Shown one piece after another: positions 13,043 through 24,071 of a stretch of 64,000 nucleotides of DNA; the first letter of the stretch is position 1, and every line of letters begins with the position of its first letter. The DNA lies in contig JAYWIR010000026.1 of the NCBI GenBank assembly GCA_036172245.1, positions 806,001 through 870,000 of the forward strand, given 5' to 3'. Position numbers and translations under genes: made by a program. The notes beneath the pieces are model-generated. The model saw only the letters and a list, made by a program, of their open reading frames with translations, was not told the DNA's origin and ran no database searches. This DNA comes from Raillietiella orientalis (taxonomy: Eukaryota).

Positions 13043-13734
13043 ATGGCGGTTTCGAGAATCCCGTGGGCATATCGCTCCCCCTTTTGGTTGAATCGCATTG
13101 TGTGTAGTCGTTTGTTTCAGTGGCTGCTACTCGTGGTGGCTGTTCCATTTTCAAACATGAGCTCCCTTGGGACGAATCTACAAACGTTACGCCAGTCATC
13201 TGATGACGTCGCATTTCATAATCACTCCGGAGAGTGCACTCTCACTCTTCTCCCTCAAGATCTTGCAGGTGGGACCACAGACATTTGCATGCAGATGTGG
13301 ACACCGATAGGTTTGTCCCAACACGAGGATCTAGATTGTTCTGTTTCTGTCACGGTAAGTTGCCAATTCACTGGAAGAAGTATCTGGAAACTTCCTTGGT
13401 TCAGACTTTTAGAGGGGCACCTAGGAACGTATCTGTCAGATTTGTGGGTCCTGAGTATGAGGTCGAACAAGTGTGTAGCTGCTCGCTGACGCCCTGTGAA
13501 GGGTAAGGAGCGCTTGCCTTCGTGCTTCGATGCTGTCTTCATGTGTTTGGATGAGCAACGCTGCCGCTCTCCTTCACAAGTGGAAGGTTTCCCCGAAGTA
13601 GAGTGTTCCTCGCTGATCTTCTTCATGATTTTAACGGGCGTATAACCTTTGTTTGCGCAAATGGAATTGCCGGAAATTGCAGATGCTTCCGTGCACTTCA
13701 CTTTCCAAGGTGCACGATGATACGTGCTGATTAA
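13043..13734 (+). CDS. Predicted 4-exon, about 163-aa secreted Cys-rich protein, paralog 1
   Basis: Exons 13043-13048, 13121-13354, 13405-13502, 13581-13734 joined by GT-AG introns (donors GTAAGT and GTAAGG; acceptors TTTCAG and TTCAG) give an open frame. Signal-peptide-like MAWLLLVVAVPFS; 10 Cys. Confidence 0.55.
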
Positions 13735-14579
13735 TTTTCATGTAATTTCTAATAGTAACCAAATTTCAAAGGTGGTCATTGCTCATCCGCGATTTGACGA
13801 TATCACTTGAAAATTGTGATTTTCTGTCACGCCTAATTGGTTTCGCGCGTCAAAACGCTACGATCTCCTGCATTATCATTATAGGCTTCCGAAATTCATT
13901 CCCTTATATAGTTTTTGGGCGATATAAAAACTCTAATCCACACCAAGATGAGTGTGGTGTTCTATTTGGAGAACTTTTTCAGTGAGAACACGAAAACGAG
14001 CGGTGCTATCGTGTTGAAAACACCATTTCACGTGGACTGCCATTTTCCGAATGGCACATATTGCGTTCTACTCTTCAACGGAGTATAGAAAGACACAATA
14101 GATAAGGAGAGTATTGCTCAAAACAAGGACAGTTTTCTGTTTTCTGATGACGCAATAAATTGATTGACATTTCCTTAATTTTTTCGTTGGCCGACCAACA
14201 CACTACATTTGAGTGACTACTTTATCAATACATCAAGGTGGCTTTAATTGATGACAACAAAATTTATCACCCCAAGTATTTGTGAAATCAGAAAATAGCA
14301 TGTCGTAATACTTGTGATGAGATCCTGAGCATTCTCTTCAACAAGGACTACTAGGAATTTCGGGATCTGGTGCGAGCAGCGTCTTCCATGGAATCCCATA
14401 GGAAGTCGGATGTCATTGTTCTGCAAATGAAACTCAATGCTCTGTTTTACAACTCCGCCAGGAAGAGATACGAAACTCAGATAATTTAAGAGGAGAGCCA
14501 CAAATGTGATCCAGAACACAGTCCATTCCAAGAACAGCAATTTGCCTGCATAAGCCGGCTCTGGAATCGACAACTCCCC

Positions 14580-14871
14580 CTCACGCTGAGGAGGAAATGC
14601 GCTCGGGTAGCAAAGAGGCGATGTTTGCGAGGTCGCGTGATCCCTCCGTGGAAAGCGTGCGGTCCCATCTTCCGATCGAACTGAAGTTCCGGTCGTTTCT
14701 GAAACGCAAACTATCTGCTGGACATCGACCAGCTGTCTCCCGAACAGTAAGCGGCAACACAATCGCCACCACCATCATTAATATGATGCGTGGAATGGCC
14801 TCTTTCCGGCAGCTGCGTATAGCCTGTTGGAATGTCAACGAACAGAGTAGCGAAAGCAAGAGGCGTAGCGT
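14580..14871 (+). mobile_element. Family H-like fragment: ORF1 end and ORF2 start
   Basis: TGATG at 14784-14788, then MRGMASFRQLRIACWNVN; cut at the inner duplication breakpoint. Confidence 0.85.
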
Positions 14872-15275
14872 TGGCAAATTCTGTGGCTTCTGCATGACGT
14901 CGGGACACCTCAAAAGGAGGTGCCCTAACGTACAGTGCAAAGTATGCGGGACAATGGGCCAAACGAGGGAGGTGTGCCCACAAGCAGCAATGCGCGTGGT
15001 ATCCGCCCGTGACGCGAAATTGGCGCCCGACATCTGCAAAAAAGGCCGGCGGAAGCTTTCGCGAAAGCTGTACCACCCTCGCCCAAGGTCCAGGATGCAC
15101 CCGAGACACTGGAAAACACCGCCGAGAAGGTCGAGGTTAACGGCCAGGTGCCTGGGCGGCAGGTGGTAACAGCCAAAAAAAGTAAGAAAGGAAGAAGGCT
15201 AGAGAAAAAAATCGCCTACCAACAAAAGGAGAAAGAGAAAGGTAGCGCGATCATCGAAGATTGCAGCGTCGTCGT
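14872..15275 (+). mobile_element. Family D-like ORF1 fragment
   Basis: CGFCMTSGHLKRRCPNVQCKVCGTMG and KKIAYQQK..CSVVV; homologous to 47215-47617. Confidence 0.88.
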
Positions 15276-16326
15276 TTATTACCCGGTTGCGCCAGGGCGT
15301 TTAATAATAAAATCATCTGGGAACTCTGTTCCCAGGCAAGGGGGACAGAAGATGGGGAGAAGCGTTTCCGGCACGCAGGCCGGGCACACTGAGAGTTCGG
15401 AACGTGAGGGAGGGGACAATAAATAAATAAACAGGGTGGGAGAGTGAGGATAGGCATCTGCATTTCAGCCGTTTCTATTTTGAGAACCGGCTGTGAATGC
15501 CGGCAATCTCCGTCCTCACTTCCGCTTCAAGATGTGGCCATCCGGCAGCCATTTGCAGGTTGCAGGCTGCAGTGTCGGGGACCGATGTTGGGACCGCTCG
15601 CATCTGCAATACTTGGTGGGCCCTAACAGTGGCGCGGACGCAGCACATGATTGCGACGACCGCTCCCAGAGATAGACAGCACCCCGTGAAGAAGCGGCGC
15701 ATCCAATCCTTTGCGGTGTGTCCGGGGTGCAAAAGCGCTCAATACAGCCGCAGCCACAGCACCTGAGGGCACCGCATCCAAACAGCAAATGCGGAAGCGA
15801 TACTCCCGCTCCGCATTTGGCACAGTTAGGGGATGCAACTCCCCCGGAAACCAGATGCGAGCGCTGGTTGCAGTACAAACCCCAATGCACCAGCAGAAAA
15901 GCGTCCTGTTTCCACCGAAGGGAGAAGACTCGCGTACAAACACGCAGAATGGACTACAAGTTCATCGATGGGCACCACGAGGAGTTCGCTCCACAGATAA
16001 AGTCCCATGGCAAGAAGGCAAGGTGTGTCAGCGTCTGCCACCTCGCAAGTTCTCCAGCCGCCCAGCAGTCGGGATTCGCCCACGATTTCGCAGGCGACCT
16101 CTTACCTCGCCGGTTGGTCACTGTCGACTCGAACCATCAGTGCAGACAGTGCTTCGGCGAGGAGCTAGAGGCTAGGCGCGTCCACCGGTCCTGCTCTTCA
16201 AGCACCTTCCCCACTGGACTCTATGGGGAAAGGTTCGCGCAACGGAGTTCCAAACGGGACACATCCTGTTGCGCTGCCAAGGACGATAAGGCTTCCTGCC
16301 TCCAGGCGTTAAAGTTTATCGGCTGC
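15276..16326 (-). mobile_element. Family G-like 3' end (ORF2 C-terminus and 3' UTR)
   Basis: HWGLYCN..CAKCGAGVSLPHLLFGC, similar to family A. Terminus ATTAAACGCCCTGGCGCAACCGGGTAATAAA. Confidence 0.85.
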
Positions 16327-16593
16327 ATCTTCTTATCTTCTTTCCTCGACATAAAAGAAGAGATGCAAGTCCTCTGATTCCGGCTGCACGTCAGGCGAGG
16401 AGGCGGGCAGGAATACAACAGGGTGTGCTTCATAACTTCGCTGCGATGGCCAAGGTTCGCCATCGAAGCTGAATTTCCATGCGCTGCAACGTCAGGAGGC
16501 CTAGACCACCATCACGACGCGGAGCGCACAAGTCCATCAAAGGGACTCGGGGCTTTCCCTTGCCCAAAGGGCGATGCAAAGGAGGTCCTTCGT
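16327..16593 (-). mobile_element. Short family C ORF2 fragment
   Basis: GKGKPRVPLMDLCAPRRDGGLGLLTL, homologous to 17800-18060 in the opposite orientation. Confidence 0.8.
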
Positions 16594-19218
16594 CCGTTAC
16601 CACCGGCGAAATCCTCGCTGGTATCAAAAGGCTCAACAGGCGTAATGCGCCAGGGGAGGACGGCCTGCCGGCGGAGTTCTTCCAGTGCTTCGCGGAAGAG
16701 CTGGCCCCCCTGGTCCTCGAGTTGACCAGGCTGATTCAAGACGAAAGCGATGTTCCCGCCTCCTTTCGGTCAGGCAGAGTAAAGCTCCTTCCGAAAGGAG
16801 GAGACCTCAGACAACTCAGCAGCTGGCGTCATACCACAATTGTGAACACAGACGCCAAGCTGATTGCCAAGCTGTGGGCTTCGCGTCTGGGACAGGTAGC
16901 CAACACCATAATTAGCTCGGAGAAGTCTTAAGCTGTTCCCGGGCGAAGTATGGAGGTGAAACTCTTCTTCGCGAGCACATGGTTTTACGTGCAGCGGATT
17001 CAGAAGAAGGGGAACAAGAAAATTTGCAAGCCCACTTTGGGGACTCCAGTGGGACAGGGAAGAGATTCCCGGGAGGGGAAGGGGTCCCTATCGCTCGCAG
17101 TAGATCTTCATAAGGCGTTCGACTGTGTTGACCAGGATCTTTTGTTGGAGCTCCTAGGTCGTATGGGCTTCCCACCCACCTTGATCACCTATTTGAGCTC
17201 CTGCTGGCGCCATGCGATGATTACCGTGTTTTTCAGTAGTCAGAAGGTGCATGGCGTGCCGGAGCGGCGGGGCATAAGGCAGGGAGACAGCCTCAGTCCC
17301 CTGCTCTTTAGCACCTACTTTGAGTTGGTGCTAAGAGCATATAGGGTCACATTGGCCCCCTTGCCGAGCTCGTGCCCTGGCACGCCCGCCGTAGCTGCTT
17401 ATGCCGACGATCTTCTGCTCTTGTTGCATATGTCCACCCCGGCGAAGGCGGCCGGGGATTTCTTCGACTTGCTCACCCGCGGGAGCGAACTACAGGTGAA
17501 CAGGGCGAAGTCGTCGGTGGTGCCAGTTGGTGAGACGTGGGCAGAGCAGCAGGACTGGATCCGTCTGGGGATCCCCACAGCGAGGTACCTCAAGTACCTG
17601 GGTGTGCTGCTGAGGGATTTTCCCTTTCGGAAGCGTGGTCCAGCTGCCTCCAGAAGGTTGAGACGGCTATTTGCCCGTTTCTGGAAGGCAAGTTTCACTT
17701 GCCGGAGCGGGCCGCGGTTTGGAACGCCTTTGCAGCCCCCATTCTCCACCCCTTGCTTTTTGTTTGCCCCGCCCCCGTAAAATGCAAGGAGCGGAGGAAG
17801 GACCTCCTTTGCATTGCCCTTTGGGGCAAGGGGAGGCCCCGAGTCCCTCTGAAGGACTTGTGCGCTCCGCGTCGGAACGGCGGTCTTGGCCTCCTGACGC
17901 TGAAACCCTGGAAGATCCAGCTGCGATGGCGAACCCTCACCTTCGCAACGAAGACGTGGAGCACCCCTTGGTGCGTTCCGGCTTTCCTCCTCGCCAGCCG
18001 TGTGTCCCGGTGCGAAAGACTCCCGTCTTTTCTTCTGTGCCCAAACTCGAAGATCAGAAGATACGGCCTACTGCTCGAACGCATGGCAACCCTGGCGAAG
18101 GAGAACAGCTGGATGGTTTGATGCTCCGCCAACTCCTCCGCCTGGATGGAGGAGACTTCTGGCACCTGGGTAAAGCTTAACCTGCGGAGCGAAGAATACT
18201 GTAACCGCCTGCGTTTCAGCAATTACGCCCGCCGCACTCTGCAGGAAATACAGGAGTTTCCTGCGAGCTGCACTTGTGCCGAAACGACACCCCTCGCTAA
18301 GACGATGCCCTACTTCCGGAGGGCGCTTTACAGAAGCCAGAAGCCGAGGTAACAAGTCTCCTGCCGAATCGCAGGCAGGGAGAAGAAGAGGAGCGGTTGG
18401 ACCATGGGAGTACTTGCAGACGCCACGATCCCGAGTGCCCTCGCGCGTGGACTTCTGAGATGGGGCGAGCTGCTCGGCATCCCGACGGATGACCTGATGT
18501 GGTCCCCAGTTCTCATCGGATCCAGACTTCTCCCCCTGAATTGGCAAGAGTCGGCGTTGCTGCTGTTGCATTGGGGTCTTCACTGCAACGCGCTCCGCTT
18601 CCACTAGACGCAGGGATGTGTAAGGCCTGAGTGTGCCCGGCGTGGGGAGCGGGAATAGCTCTCCACCTTCTTATGGACTGTTCTGCCCTCCGATCCTTAT
18701 GGAAATGGTTTGGGAAGACCCTCGCTCTCCAGGTGGGCAGCAATCCCAGGGACGTTCTTATGCTACTCTTCGTGCAAGACGCCCTGCAGCCCGCCGCTTC
18801 CCTAGCAGCCCTCTACTGTATCCGAGGAATCGTGGCGGCTTCGAGCGAAATGCGTTACGAAGATTGCCATTAGGAAAGGGTCGTCATCCCGTATGCTGCT
18901 CGTTTCATGAGATGTGCTGCAGGATGGCCCCAGCTGGGTGAAATCCGGATGGACCTCGAGGGTATCCTGCGAAGGATGGGACCTCCTTCTAGTGGACTGT
19001 GATCTCTTCCCCTCCCTCCTAACCATTTTTTTTCCTTATTTCTTTTATTTTTATTCTTATTTTGTCCCTTATCCACCTTTACTGCCGAGGAGCGTCCTGC
19101 CGGACTGCGTCCCAGCGTCCCGGCAGGTCCGGTGTTGTGTGGCCGTTAGGGGGGTCTTAAACCACGTTCTCTTTGTAGAGTTTTTTGAATAAACGCCCCA
19201 AGCGTACCTGAGTGGTAA
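16594..19218 (+). mobile_element. Family C ORF2 (RT through 3' end), 5'-truncated and degenerate
   Basis: APGEDG, LLPKGGD, DLHKAFD, QGDSLSP, YADD, KYLG, CPAWG..HLLMDC. End AATAAACGCCCC..GGTAA. Confidence 0.93.
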
Positions 19219-20680
19219 CCCCAAATCCCGCAGTTAGGCGATGCAAAGAGAACTGATCGCAGAACTCCTGGAACGACCGCTTGAAGCGGCCCCAGTCCTA
19301 AAACCTCCGCATCCTGAAGCTCCGTATAAACGCACGGAGATGTTTCGACGCGTCCGGGAGCTTCAGCGAGTTCCCTGGCAGACGCCACGCTGACGAGAAA
19401 GGCCCTTGTCGCTAGGATGCACTTCAAACACGATCCGACCATGGTCCAACAGCTCGGACGTAACTTGCTGCGCATGCCGACGCGAGAGCAAAGGTGCTGG
19501 ACAAGGAACACGTGATCGATGCTGCGTTCCATGGCCGTATCTCTGGCCAACAAGTTGCACGTGTGCATTTCTGCGCACAAATCGTTGACGCGGTCGTTGA
19601 GTGTATCCGGCGCACCTGTCAGCAGGCGCAGGTTGAAATCCCCTGCGATCAGGTGCGCTTTGCGAACGCCTGCTTCGGTCAGCCAATCGCGTCCGAGGGC
19701 AAGGTAGAATTCTCTTCTTGCCTTCGCCCTCAACGCGTCGTTACCGCTAGGAGCGTACAGGTTGGTGACGACCAGGTCGATAGAGTCGGACCAGCTGAGA
19801 GTCAGCTGATTGACGCGACCTGCGTCATCGAACCGAACGTCCTTTATTGCGGCCTCGATGGCTGGCCGGAGCAGGAAGACGACACCGCTTGATTTCACGG
19901 TGCCGCAGCGCCACAGCAGCCGTCCATCCGAGATCCGTTTGATCTGCTGGGCTTGATCTGCGGAGATCACGTGGATCTTCTGCAACAGTACCAGGTCGAA
20001 GGATGCCAGGGTGGCGGCCACGTCACGCCTCTTGCCGTCGTCGCTTAGCCCGTTGACGTTCCAGCAGGCGATCAGCAGACGACGAAAAGAGGCGATTCCC
20101 GGCATTATTGCTAGGAAAGTGGCGTTGCGGCACCTGCCGCGAAGCAGGTGTAGGGGATGTCCATGGGGACGAAGTCCTCTTCAGGCACCTGGGGCACCTG
20201 TTCTGCCTCCACCCTCTCGATCCCTTCCGTGTCGGAGCGTGGCATTCTCTCGGGTGACGGGTCCCGGAAGGTTCCCACGCTCATCGCACCCTCGCGACCG
20301 GAAGCCATCTCTTCCCCTTCGACGGGGAAGACGATCTTCCGGGGCTTTGTGGACTTGCGTCCAGCCTTTTTGCGGGGTGCGGTGGAGATGGAGGCTGTGC
20401 TTCCAGCCTCCACCTCAAGTCGGAAGTGGGAGACTCCTGAGGCAAAGTCGGACGCCTGACGACCTTCTTGCTATCCTTGGAGCCGGCCAGCTGCAGCGAG
20501 GCAGCCAGCTCCTCCGCGGCGCGCTCGAAGGCGACGTCATCGAGCGTGGGCTCGATGACGGACGCCGCCGCCTCGCTCCCCTCCTTGTTGACTTTGTCAA
20601 CGGAGGGTTGAGCACTGGCAGCAAAGAGTTCTTTTGCGCCTCATTCGTCGATGGCGGGAATCCGCTCCACAACGACGCCG
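19219..20680 (-). mobile_element. Family D-like ORF1 C-terminus and APE endonuclease
   Basis: TAATG at 20107-20103; WNVNG, NLYAP, AGDFN, SIDH motifs in ORF 19146..20105. Confidence 0.92.
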
Positions 20681-22970
20681 GACGGACGTGGACTGTGTTG
20701 TTCCTCGAGCGGGATTCCTTTCCGTCTTTGTGTTTGGTGTGCCCGAGTGCGTCCACTAGGAGTCCACGGCCCCCGTGCAGGAGAAGATGGATGTGGAGGC
20801 TGCAGCCGGCAATGGAGACTCCACTCCGCATGCCCTGCCCGCCTCTGATGCTTGTGTCTCGCCACCGGCGAGAAGCTTCGCCGCCGTCGTCAAGGCGACG
20901 GCAGCCAACGGACCACCGCCCGACAAAGCGGAGCTGCAGGCATATGCAGCCCATGGCTACAAGCCTGCGCTCTGCTATCCGGTGAGTGCTGCAATCTCCG
21001 ACGGGGTCGGAGAAAATCTATGGGACGAGCTTTTGCGCGTCGGGGTCCAACAGGACGACCTCCTGTCCGTCATGCCGGTTAACGCGCTCGGACACTGAAA
21101 AGTGCACTGCAAAGAGGCATCCCTAGTCCAGCGCCTTCTCCGCACCCCGCTAAACATGCGCGGGAAGGAGGTCGTCCCGTCGGCCATGGACCAGTCGTTC
21201 GTGGTCCGATTTTCCGCCATCCAGGTGGACACGCCCGATCGCGTGCTCGTCGCTGCACTTAGTGCATTCGCCACGGTGCACGTGCTGTGGAGAGCAGACA
21301 ATCCTATCAAAAAGACTGCATCTCTCCACAGCGGACTTGTAATGGCGCGTGTCACCGTGGCGGATAGGAGGCACTTGCAGTTGGGCGATGCGATGGTCCA
21401 CCTTAAATTTGCCGGTCAGCGACCGGCTTGCGGCATTTGCAGTGCAGAGGGCCACCGTCCGTGGACGTGCCCTTCACGCAACTGCCGCTATTGTAAACAG
21501 CTCGGCCACTCCATCAAAGAGTGCGCCGAGCTGAAGAGAAAGATGCAGGCGAAAAGCTGCCAACAATCGACCCCGTCCGCGCCGAAAAGATCCCCCGTTG
21601 TGCCACGGGAGAAATCGGGCGCGAAGGACGGGGCATCTTCGAGTGGCGGTCCTGCGAAAAAGGGCGCGGTCGCTTCAGGGAAGCCACCATCCCAGACAGC
21701 CGCGCAGACGGGAAAGATGCCACGTCGCCCTGGGGGCAAATCGCCCCCTTCGAAGCAGCCTAAGAGTGCAGGCACGCACTCAATCAAGGCTGCTGAACCG
21801 TCCGCGTCCGCTTGCGCGTCCAGCGGAGCACACGGGAAACCGTGCGCGGGTACCCTCGGAGCAGCCTCTGAACGGCGGTCTCCACCTACGGCGGTGGAGA
21901 TCACGTCTTCCACGCCGGAGGCACGAGCAGCGAAGGCTGCAATAGCGCCTCGCGAGACGACGGCAATGACCGCCGTTTCGCCCGCATCGGCTAAGGAGCA
22001 GGTGCAGTGCGTAACGGGGACGGAGCCGTCTCCCGCCGCGAGCGCGAAACGTGAGCCGGCATCTCCGGCCAAACAATTGAGGGAGGCGTCGGCCTCCCAG
22101 GAGGGCGTCCCCGACGCGGGCTGGACTCGCGTCTCCAGGACGCCCACAAAGGGGAAGAAAAAGGTTGACCCTTCAATATTCCCCATCCTTAAGGTGGGTG
22201 GGAGGCAAAAGAGAAGCACGCCGAAGAAGGTGCGCACCCAGGTACGCACTACGGCTGCGTGCTCTGTCTCTGTCGCTTCGCGCGAGAGGGCGGCTGCGGA
22301 AGCCAAAGCTCCGGAAGCTGCGTTGGCGACTGCGACGACCCCCGCGCGGGCAGGGCAAGCCTCCACCTGCCGAAACAAAAAGAGACTGGCAAAACGCCAG
22401 TCTCGCGCCAGGCACTCGGACTCCGAGGTGGAGTCCGAGTGCAAACAAATGGAGCGCGCACCCCGGGGTAAGCCGGTAGCGCGCCGGGCTAAAGTGCGAA
22501 AGCACGAGCCTGTTGCCGGAGGCGGTTCCGGCTCCTGCACGGAGACCGAGGCGATGATCCTCGGCTCCCAGGACTCAGCTGGGCGCGATGTGGCGGCGAA
22601 CGGGAACGATTCCGCTTCCCAATCCGCTCTCCTACCAGCTGACTTCTCGCCGGACGGGGCGAGGAGCACGCCGTCATGTCCGCAGCAGTGATGCGTGGAC
22701 TCGCGTCCGCTCGTCGCGTCAGCGTGGCCTGTTGGAATGTCAACGGGCTACGTGATGCTGACAAAAGGCGGACGGTAGCCAACGCTTTGCGCGCGTTCGA
22801 TCTGGTGCTGCTGCAGGAGATACATAGCATCTCCGTACGGCAGGCATCGGATCTGGAAGAGCGCGCGGGCGGGACGCTACACTGGCGGCAAGGCTCCGCG
22901 CACACGTGCGGAGTCGCGTTCCTCGTCCGAGGCAGGGCGGCCGAGGCGGTGCAGAACGTTTGTTTCGACG
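20681..22970 (+). mobile_element. Family G: 5' UTR, ORF1 (20787-22691, one internal TGA at 21096), start of endonuclease
   Basis: CGICSAEGH..CRYCKQLGH knuckles; TGATG overlap at 22689-22693; WNVNG..LLQEIH. Confidence 0.92.
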
Positions 22971-23445
22971 TTTTCACCCGGTCAAGCCGGGGCGTTTATT
23001 TAAAAACTAACAGTATTTGCGGTACTAGGCCCCGCTGCGGCCAATAGTTCTATGGAGCTGTCTGGTGGTCAGTGCACAGACCAACATAACACTCCACGTC
23101 AACGGATGGGGTTAGGGAAAAAACAAAAATAAAAAAAAATAAAAAGTAGAAACACTGGTCATTGGGAGGGACGGAAAGGGATCACTGTCCGTTGCGTGGA
23201 GCTTCAATTCTTTGCAGGATGCCGACAAGGTCCTGATACAGATTTCCCAGGTGGGGCCATCGGGATGCTATTCGCAGAAAGCGAGCTGCATACTTCATGG
23301 CATTCCTTCTGTTAACATCCTCTGCTTCGTCGAATCCACTCCAAGCTGCCACAATACCGAGTACGCAGCAGAGAGCTGCTATTACAGCAGCTGGCTGCAG
23401 GGCGTCCCGCACGAAGAGGAGCCGAAAAACGTCTCTGGGAAGTGG
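22971..23445 (-). mobile_element. Family B 3' end
   Basis: RDVFRLLFVRDALQPAA..SRWPHL; terminus AATAAACGCCCCGGCTTGACCGGGTGAAAA. Confidence 0.88.
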
Positions 23446-24071
23446 GGGGAAATAGAGACCTTCTCCCACTTAATCATCGAGTGTGTTGCCCTCCGTCATA
23501 GGTGGGATCGACTATTATCGATCCTGAACATCCCGGGGGGCGACCCCATGAACATTTTTAGGCGCCTCCTGATGCAGGACGCCATGAGAACCTCCGGGTG
23601 TGTAGCAGGGCTCTGTTTTGCATATGCGGAATCCTGGTTAAATGTACCGTGTTAAGGAGAGGCCGGACCAGTCGGAATGCCATTCACTGTGCAGTGATTT
23701 CCTTGAAGAAGGCCTGCCGTTAGTGCCGACTCACGAAACAATTAACGGCACTTGTTCGCATCCGGAACCGGATGCAGAGGCTTCACGGCGTACCATGATC
23801 CCCTCCCTTCCCCCCCTCCTCCGAAAGACCATTGCCCCCTCCAGGCATTTTTCTTTGTTTTTTTTTTTTTGTTTTTCCCGCCCCTGCGCCAATGTGAAAG
23901 ACCTCATCGGCCTGATGGTCGGTGAGGTCAAGTGCCGAAATACAGATAAAAACTTATGAAATGACGTAAAAAAGAAAAACATTTTTAACAAAAAAAAGAA
24001 TTTATACTGGAATTTTTTCTTTATGTAGAAAAATTTTAATAATAAAAACCTCTACTCACCAGGGTGAAAAA
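23446..24071 (+). mobile_element. 3' end of a further family (J)
   Basis: ETFSHLIIECVAL (end of the CCHC finger), A/T-rich UTR, AATAAAAACC..CCAGGGTGAAAAA. Confidence 0.75.

Larger units (their letters stand above)
2054..14871 (+). repeat. Left arm of large inverted duplication (pairs with 26641-39458)
   Basis: Every ORF here has a mirror with coordinate sum 41512 (e.g. 2394..2699/38813..39118; 14244..14762/26750..27268). Inner end read directly at 14871/26641. Weaker similarity extends to about 1141/40370. Confidence 0.97.

Noticed and set aside
16327..16593. Twin-priming 5' inversion of the C element
   Set aside because: The inverted piece duplicates downstream sequence and is diverged from it, which twin priming would not produce.
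20681..20790. Palindrome axis (20756) falls in the family G 5' UTR
   Set aside because: No local symmetry at the axis; the spacer is non-palindromic, so this is likely coincidence.
21488..22669. Long antisense ORFs (also 41671-42711, 49077-50351, 50943-51983, 56858-58024)
   Set aside because: Shadows of GC-rich, low-complexity ORF1 coding sequence; no independent motifs.
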